NCBI GenBank assembly: GCA_963822965.1
Contig: CAWGJT010000005.1
Coordinates: forward strand, 928,001 to 992,000
Reading direction: 5' to 3'
From: an uncultured delta proteobacterium
GTDB lineage: Bacteria; Myxococcota_A; UBA9160; UBA4427
DNA: 64,000 nucleotides
Positions 58,842 through 64,000 of the stretch are shown here, one piece after another. The stretch's first letter is position 1. Each line of letters starts with the position of its first letter. Both the position numbers and the translations under genes were made by a program. Below the pieces are notes generated by a model, which did not search any database, had not been told where the DNA came from, and worked only from the letters and a program-made list of their open reading frames with translations.

Positions 58842-59906
58842 ATGCGTAGCGCACGTTGCACCGAAGCCGCGAGCTGCCTGATCTTCGGTCTGTCGCTCGC
58901 TCTGTCGCTCTGCCTGTGGGCGGGTCCGGGGGCGGCCGTCGAGCTGGCCCGACCCGACGCCCACGCGCCCATCGGCGTGATGGGCGACCACATGCACCAC
59001 GAGGGCGAGCTGATGCTCTCGTACCGCTACATGTTCATGCGCATGGACGGCAACCGCGACGGAAACGACCGCGTCCCGCTGTCCGACGTCCTGCTCCCCG
59101 GCGGAACGTACAGGGCGGCTCCCCGCGACATGGACATGCAGATGCACATGCTGGGCGGCATGTACGCCCCCAAGGACTGGGTGACGCTCACGGTGATGTT
59201 CCCGATCGTGGTCCTGACCATGGACCACCAGACCGCCTCGGGGCAGCGCTTCACCACCCGCTCCACCGGCCTGGGCGACATCCGCACCACCGCCCTCGTG
59301 AAGATCTTCGAGAACGAGCACCACGAGGTGCACGCCAACGCGGGCATCAGCTGGCCGTCGGGCTCGTTCAGCCGCAAGGACAACACCCCCGCCTCGATGG
59401 GGGAGAACACCCTGCTGCCCTACCCCATGCAGCTCGGCTCCGGCACCGTCGACCTGCTGCCCGGGGTCACCTACAACGGCCAGGACGACATCTTCTCGTG
59501 GGGCGGGCAGGCCCAGGGGACGGTTCGACTGGGACGCAACTCCCAGAACTACCGACTCGGAAACCAGTACATGCTGACGGGATGGGGAGCCGTGCAGGCC
59601 AACGCGTGGCTGAGCGGCGCCCTGCGTCTGCAGTGGCGCCAGTGGTACAACATCGAGGGCCAGGACTCGCGTCTGGCGGACCCGATGGGCATCCCGGCCG
59701 AGGACTTCATTCCCACCGCCGACCCCAAGCTTCGCGCCGGCAAGCAGCTCGACCTGGGGCCCAGCATGAACTTCCTGATGAAGAAGGGGCCCCTCAAGGG
59801 CACGCGTCTGGGTCTCGAAGTGCTGTTTCCGTTGTACCGCAACCTGGACGGACCCCAGCTCGAGAACGACTGGACGGTGGCCGCCGGGGTGCAGTACACG
59901 TTCTGA
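58842..59906 (+). CDS. Outer-membrane beta-barrel 'transporter' with His/Met-rich N-terminus
   Basis: Signal peptide, 'HAPIGVMGDHMHHEGELMLSYRYMFMRM', 'GLGDI', 'YPMQLGSGT.D' and terminal 'GVQYTF'. Confidence 0.8.
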   Translation: MRSARCTEAASCLIFGLSLALSLCLWAGPGAAVELARPDAHAPIGVMGDHMHHEGELMLSYRYMFMRMDGNRDGNDRVPLSDVLLPGGTYRAAPRDMDMQMHMLGGMYAPKDWVTLTVMFPIVVLTMDHQTASGQRFTTRSTGLGDIRTTALVKIFENEHHEVHANAGISWPSGSFSRKDNTPASMGENTLLPYPMQLGSGTVDLLPGVTYNGQDDIFSWGGQAQGTVRLGRNSQNYRLGNQYMLTGWGAVQANAWLSGALRLQWRQWYNIEGQDSRLADPMGIPAEDFIPTADPKLRAGKQLDLGPSMNFLMKKGPLKGTRLGLEVLFPLYRNLDGPQLENDWTVAAGVQYTF

Positions 59907-59939
59907 CGAAGCGGGTTCCGGGGTGGTAGCCTGGCGACC

Positions 59940-61883
59940 ATGACCGAGCCCCGCCGTCCCGCCGCAGCTCCCATCCGCGAGGACGACGAGTTCATCGCCG
60001 CTGCCCTCGAGCGCGCCAGCATCCCCACCCTGATGATGTCGATGGTGCATCTCAGCGGCGACCCGTCGATCCTCGACGGACCGATCCGCCCCGGGACCGG
60101 CCATGATGGGCGAGGACCAGGGGGGGATGTCCGAGGCGGACAAGGCTGCCGTTCGCGCCCGGGCCCTGGAGCTGCTTCGGGACTACCGCGACCGCGGCTG
60201 CACGCTGCCGCCTCCGCCCTCCCGCGAGACGATCCACCGCATGATGAGCTTCATGGTGGGCGAGCCCGTCCCCGAGCCCTACACGGGGATGATGCTCGAG
60301 GAGATGGCCCTCGACGGGCGCGACCAGCGGGACGTGCCCTTCGACCGAGATCTCCGAGGACGCGAAGCAGGGCTTCCCCGTGCTGGTGATCGGCGCGGGC
60401 ATGTCCGGCCTGCTGGCCGCGATCCGCCTCCAGGAGGCCGGCCTGCCGTACACGGTGGTGGAGAAGAACGACGCGGTGGGCGGCACCTGGTACGAGAACA
60501 CCTACCCGGGCTGCCGGGTGGACATCGCCAACCACTTCTACTGCTACTCGTTCGAGCCGAACCCCGGCTGGTCCGAGTTCTTCTCCCAGCGGGGCGAGCT
60601 GCACGACTACTTCGAGCGCTGCGCGACGAAGTACGGCGTGCGGCCCCACATCCGCTTCCGCACCGAGGTGCTGGAAGCCCGCTTCGACGAGGAGCGCTCC
60701 GACTGGGCCGTGCGCCTGCGCGGTCGCCGACGGCGAGCGAGGAGACCCAGCGCTTCCGCGCCGTCATCAGCGCCGTCGGACAGCTCAACCGAGCCGAAGA
60801 TTCCGGAGATCCCCGGCCGCGAATCGTTCCGGGGCCCGGCCTTCCACTCCGCGCAGTGGGAGCACGACCACGACCTGCACGGCAAGCGGGTGGCGGTGGT
60901 CGGCACGGGCGCGAGCGCGTTCCAGCTCGCGCCCGAGGTGGCGAAGGTCGCGAAGCGCCTGCTCGTCTTCCAGCGGTCGCCCGCCTGGATGCTGCCGAAC
61001 CCGAACTACCACGCGAAGGTGAGCCCCGAGAAGAAGTGGCTGCTCGAGCACGTACCCTTCTACGCGCGCTGGTACCGCTTCCTGCTCTTCTGGCCGGGCT
61101 CCGACGGGCTCCTGCCCTCCCTGGTGATCGACCCCGAGTGGCCGCATCCCGATCGCTCGGTGAACGCCCTGAACGAGGCCACGCGCGGTCGCCTTCGTGG
61201 ACTACATGAAGTCGCAGGTGGGCGACGACCCGGAGCTGCTCGAGAAGGTGGTCCCGAAGTACCCGCCCTTCGGCAAGCGCATGCTGCAGGACAACGGGAG
61301 CTGGCTCTCGACGCTCAAGCGCGAGAACGTCGACCTGGTGACCGACGGGCATCCGCGAGATCGTGCCCGAGGGCATCGTCACCGAGGACGGCACGCTCCA
61401 CGAAGTCGACGTCATCGTGTGGGCCACCGGCTTCCACGCCAACCGCTTCCTGTGGCCGATCCGCGTGGTCGGACGCGGCGGCGTGCGAGCTGGGCCGCGC
61501 TCTGGGGCGACGACCCACGCGCCTACCTCGGCATCACCGTGCCCGGCTTCCCGAACCTCTTCTGTCTCTACGGGCCCGCGACCAACCTGGCGCACGCCGG
61601 CAGCATCATCTTCCACTCCGAGTGCCAGGTGCGATACATCATGGGATGCATCGAGGGCCTGCTCGAGCGCGGCCGCACCACCCTCGAGTGCCGGCGCGAG
61701 GTGAACGACGACTTCAACGAGCGACTCGACGAGGCGCTCTCGCGGCTCGTGTGGTCCCACCCCGGCATGAACAGCTGGTACAAGAACAGCAAGGGGCGCG
61801 TCACGACGACGTCGCCGTGGCGGCTGCTCGACTACTGGACCTGGACGAAGGCGCCGGACTTCGCGGACTACGTGCTGGCCTAG
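59940..61883 (+). CDS. Baeyer-Villiger monooxygenase (4-hydroxyacetophenone monooxygenase-like); frameshifted
   Basis: N-terminal extension '[14 protein letters not shown]', 'VIGAGMSG', '[15 protein letters not shown]', BVMO fingerprint '[11 protein letters not shown]', 'ATGF' and 'PNLF.LYGP.TN'. Shifts at about 60090, 60345, 60725, 60790, 61190, 61350 and 61490. Confidence 0.88.
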
Positions 61884-61938
61884 GCGCTAGACTGGCAGGC
61901 CTCTGCCGTGAACGCGGCTCGAGACGCGGAGGGCGAGC

Positions 61939-63003
61939 GTGGACGTCGGGATCCTGCTGATCTTCCAGAACTATCTGGGGCGCAAGGACGACGCCGCCAT
62001 GGTGGAAGGTGAGATCCGCCTGGCGCTGCTCGCCGAGGAGCTGGGCTACGACGCGGTGTGGCCTCCGGAGCATCACTTCACCGACTACTCGGCGTGCCCC
62101 GACAACATCCAGCTGCTGAGCTACCTCGCCGGTCGCACCTCTCGCATCAAGCTCGGCACGGGCGCGGTGATCGTTCCGTGGAACGATCCGCTGCGCGTCG
62201 TCGAACGCATCGTGATGCTGGACCACCTCTCGAACGGCCGCGCGGTGCTCGGCCTGGGCCGCGGGCTCTCCCGGGTGGAGTACGGGCACTTCGGCATCGA
62301 GATGGACAGCTCGCGCGACCGCTTCGACGAGGCGTCGCGCATGATCGTGGACGCCCTGGACACGGGCTTCATCGAAGGAAGCGGCCCCTACTACTCCCAG
62401 GCCAGGACGGAGATCCGGCCGCGCCCGCGCGCGGGCTTCCGCGACCGGCTCTACGCGGTGGGCATGTCGCCCGAGTCCGTGGAGCAGGCCGCCGCCCTGG
62501 GTGCGAAGCTGATGACCTTCTCGCAGCAACCCTGGGAGCTGTACCGCGACGGCGCGCTCGCCACCTACCGCAAGAGCTACCAGGAGCGCCACGGCGCCGA
62601 GCCCCCCGCGCCGCTCACGGGAGACCTCATGTTCTGCCACGAGGACGCCGGCCGAGCCGAGGAGCTCGCCCTCGAGTACATGACGAACTACTTCCTGACC
62701 ATCGCCCGGCACTACGAGCTGATGAGCGACCACTTCAAGCAGGCCCGGGGCTACGAGTTCTACGCCACCGCCGCCGAGCTGTTCACTGCGGTCGGTCTCG
62801 AGACCGCGGCAAAGACCTACTGCCAGGTGCAGACCTGGGGCACCCCGGAGCAGATCCTCGAGAAGATGCGCTGGCGGCGCGAGCTGATCGGCGACTTCGA
62901 GGTAGCCTTGATCTCGAGCTACGGCGGCATGCCCTTCGCCGTGGCGGAGGAGAGCGTCCGGCTCTTCGCCCGCGAGGTGCTCCCGGAGCTGCACGCCTGG
63001 TAG
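61939..63003 (+). CDS. LLM-class flavin-dependent oxidoreductase
   Basis: 'AEELGYDAVWPPEHHF', 'RTSRIKLGTG' and 'LDHLSNGR..LGLGRG'. Confidence 0.92.
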   Translation: MDVGILLIFQNYLGRKDDAAMVEGEIRLALLAEELGYDAVWPPEHHFTDYSACPDNIQLLSYLAGRTSRIKLGTGAVIVPWNDPLRVVERIVMLDHLSNGRAVLGLGRGLSRVEYGHFGIEMDSSRDRFDEASRMIVDALDTGFIEGSGPYYSQARTEIRPRPRAGFRDRLYAVGMSPESVEQAAALGAKLMTFSQQPWELYRDGALATYRKSYQERHGAEPPAPLTGDLMFCHEDAGRAEELALEYMTNYFLTIARHYELMSDHFKQARGYEFYATAAELFTAVGLETAAKTYCQVQTWGTPEQILEKMRWRRELIGDFEVALISSYGGMPFAVAEESVRLFAREVLPELHAW

Positions 63004-63045
63004 TCGGCTATTCTGTGCCTTCGTACGCCGAACGAGGAGGTTCCC

Positions 63046-64000
63046 ATGAGCGCAGCCGAAATCCTGCCCGAGCCCCACACCGAGATCGACTCCATTCCCA
63101 GCCGGGTCGCACGGCTGCGGAGCACCTTCGAATCGGGCCGCACCCGGTCCCTCGAGTGGCGTCGCGGCCAGCTCCAGCAGCTCGTGAAGCTGCACGAGGA
63201 TCACGGCGCCGACTTCGTGAAGGCGCTGCAGGACGACTTCGGCAAGCCCACCCTCGAGGCGTACACGAGCGACGTGGGACAGGGACTCACCGAGGCGAAG
63301 CTGGCCCTTCGCAAGCTGACGAAGTGGACCCGACCGGAGCGCGTGGGCCGCATTCCCCTGATGGGCACGGGCCGCATCCTTCGCGAGCCGCTGGGCGTGG
63401 TCCTCATCATCTCGCCCTGGAACTATCCGGTGGGGCTGCTGCTCTCGCCCCTGGCCGGCGCCATCGCGGCCGGCAACTGCGTCGTCCTCAAGCCCTCGGA
63501 GGTGACGCCGCACACCTCGGCGGCCCTCGCGAAGTACGTTCCCGAGTACATGGATCCCGACGCCATCACCCTCGTGGAGGGCGGCGTCGGCGAGACGACC
63601 GCGCTGCTCGAGCAGCGCTTCGACCACATCATGTACACGGGCAACGGCCGCGTCGCCCAGGTGGTGATGGAGGCCGCAGCGCGGCACCTGACCCCCGTGA
63701 CCCTCGAGCTCGGCGGCAAGAGCCCCTGCATCGTGAACGAGGACGCGGACATCGAGACCGCGGCCCGGCGCATCGCCTGGGGCAAGTTCATCAACGCCGG
63801 CCAGACCTGCATCGCCCCCGACTACGTGCTCGTCCACGAGTCCAAGGAGGACGCCCTGATCGAGGCGCTGGCCGACGTGGTGCACGACTTCTACGGCGAC
63901 GATCCCAAGTCGACGAAGGACTACGCGCGCATCGTGAACCACCGGCACTACGAGCGGCTCGCCACGCTCATGAAGGACGGAACGGCCGCCGTCGGCGGCC
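63046..64000 (+). CDS. Aldehyde dehydrogenase (family 3-like), 3'-truncated by window edge
   Basis: AGGAGG RBS. Translated from the sequence: 'PWNYP', 'VLKPSE', 'TLELGGKSP' and 'FINAGQTCIAPDY'. Confidence 0.92.
   Translation, partial: MSAAEILPEPHTEIDSIPSRVARLRSTFESGRTRSLEWRRGQLQQLVKLHEDHGADFVKALQDDFGKPTLEAYTSDVGQGLTEAKLALRKLTKWTRPERVGRIPLMGTGRILREPLGVVLIISPWNYPVGLLLSPLAGAIAAGNCVVLKPSEVTPHTSAALAKYVPEYMDPDAITLVEGGVGETTALLEQRFDHIMYTGNGRVAQVVMEAAARHLTPVTLELGGKSPCIVNEDADIETAARRIAWGKFINAGQTCIAPDYVLVHESKEDALIEALADVVHDFYGDDPKSTKDYARIVNHRHYERLATLMKDGTAAVGG

Noticed and set aside
1..64000. CRISPR array, rRNA, tRNA, transposase/integrase, prophage or defence genes
   Set aside because: No regularly spaced repeats, no recognisable tRNA/rRNA sequence, and no DDE, tyrosine recombinase or phage motifs were seen by eye.

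Overview
High-GC, gene-dense bacterial DNA from a diderm organism (TamAB, AsmA, OmpA, an outer-membrane beta-barrel and PEP-CTERM proteins). The gene content (expanded DUF3604, PEP-CTERM, many lipid/steroid-type oxidoreductases) resembles Myxococcota/UBA9160-like uncultured lineages; this is inference only. About 45 CDSs are present. They include lipid/steroid/aromatic catabolic enzymes (LLM monooxygenases, P450, ketosteroid dehydrogenase-like, HsaA-like, FadE pair, BVMO, ALDH), envelope proteins, a GH78 rhamnosidase, a fatty-acid cis/trans isomerase and two DUF3604 metallohydrolases. Several genes carry clustered frameshifts that look like long-read indel errors. Highlights: (1) a pentaheme c-type cytochrome whose PEP-CTERM surface-sorting tail is hidden behind a frameshift, preceded by a sigma-54 promoter and palindromic enhancer, and overlapping tail-to-tail with a second PEP-CTERM gene; (2) a coupled DUF3604 + SdpA-like + HTTM operon; (3) an MMPL + His-motif membrane/TPR protein + double-DsbA unit converging on cti; (4) a 102-bp MITE whose CTAG ends supply the stop codons of both flanking genes; (5) at least seven genes with a leaderless-mRNA signature. 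No rRNA, tRNA, CRISPR array or transposase was seen.
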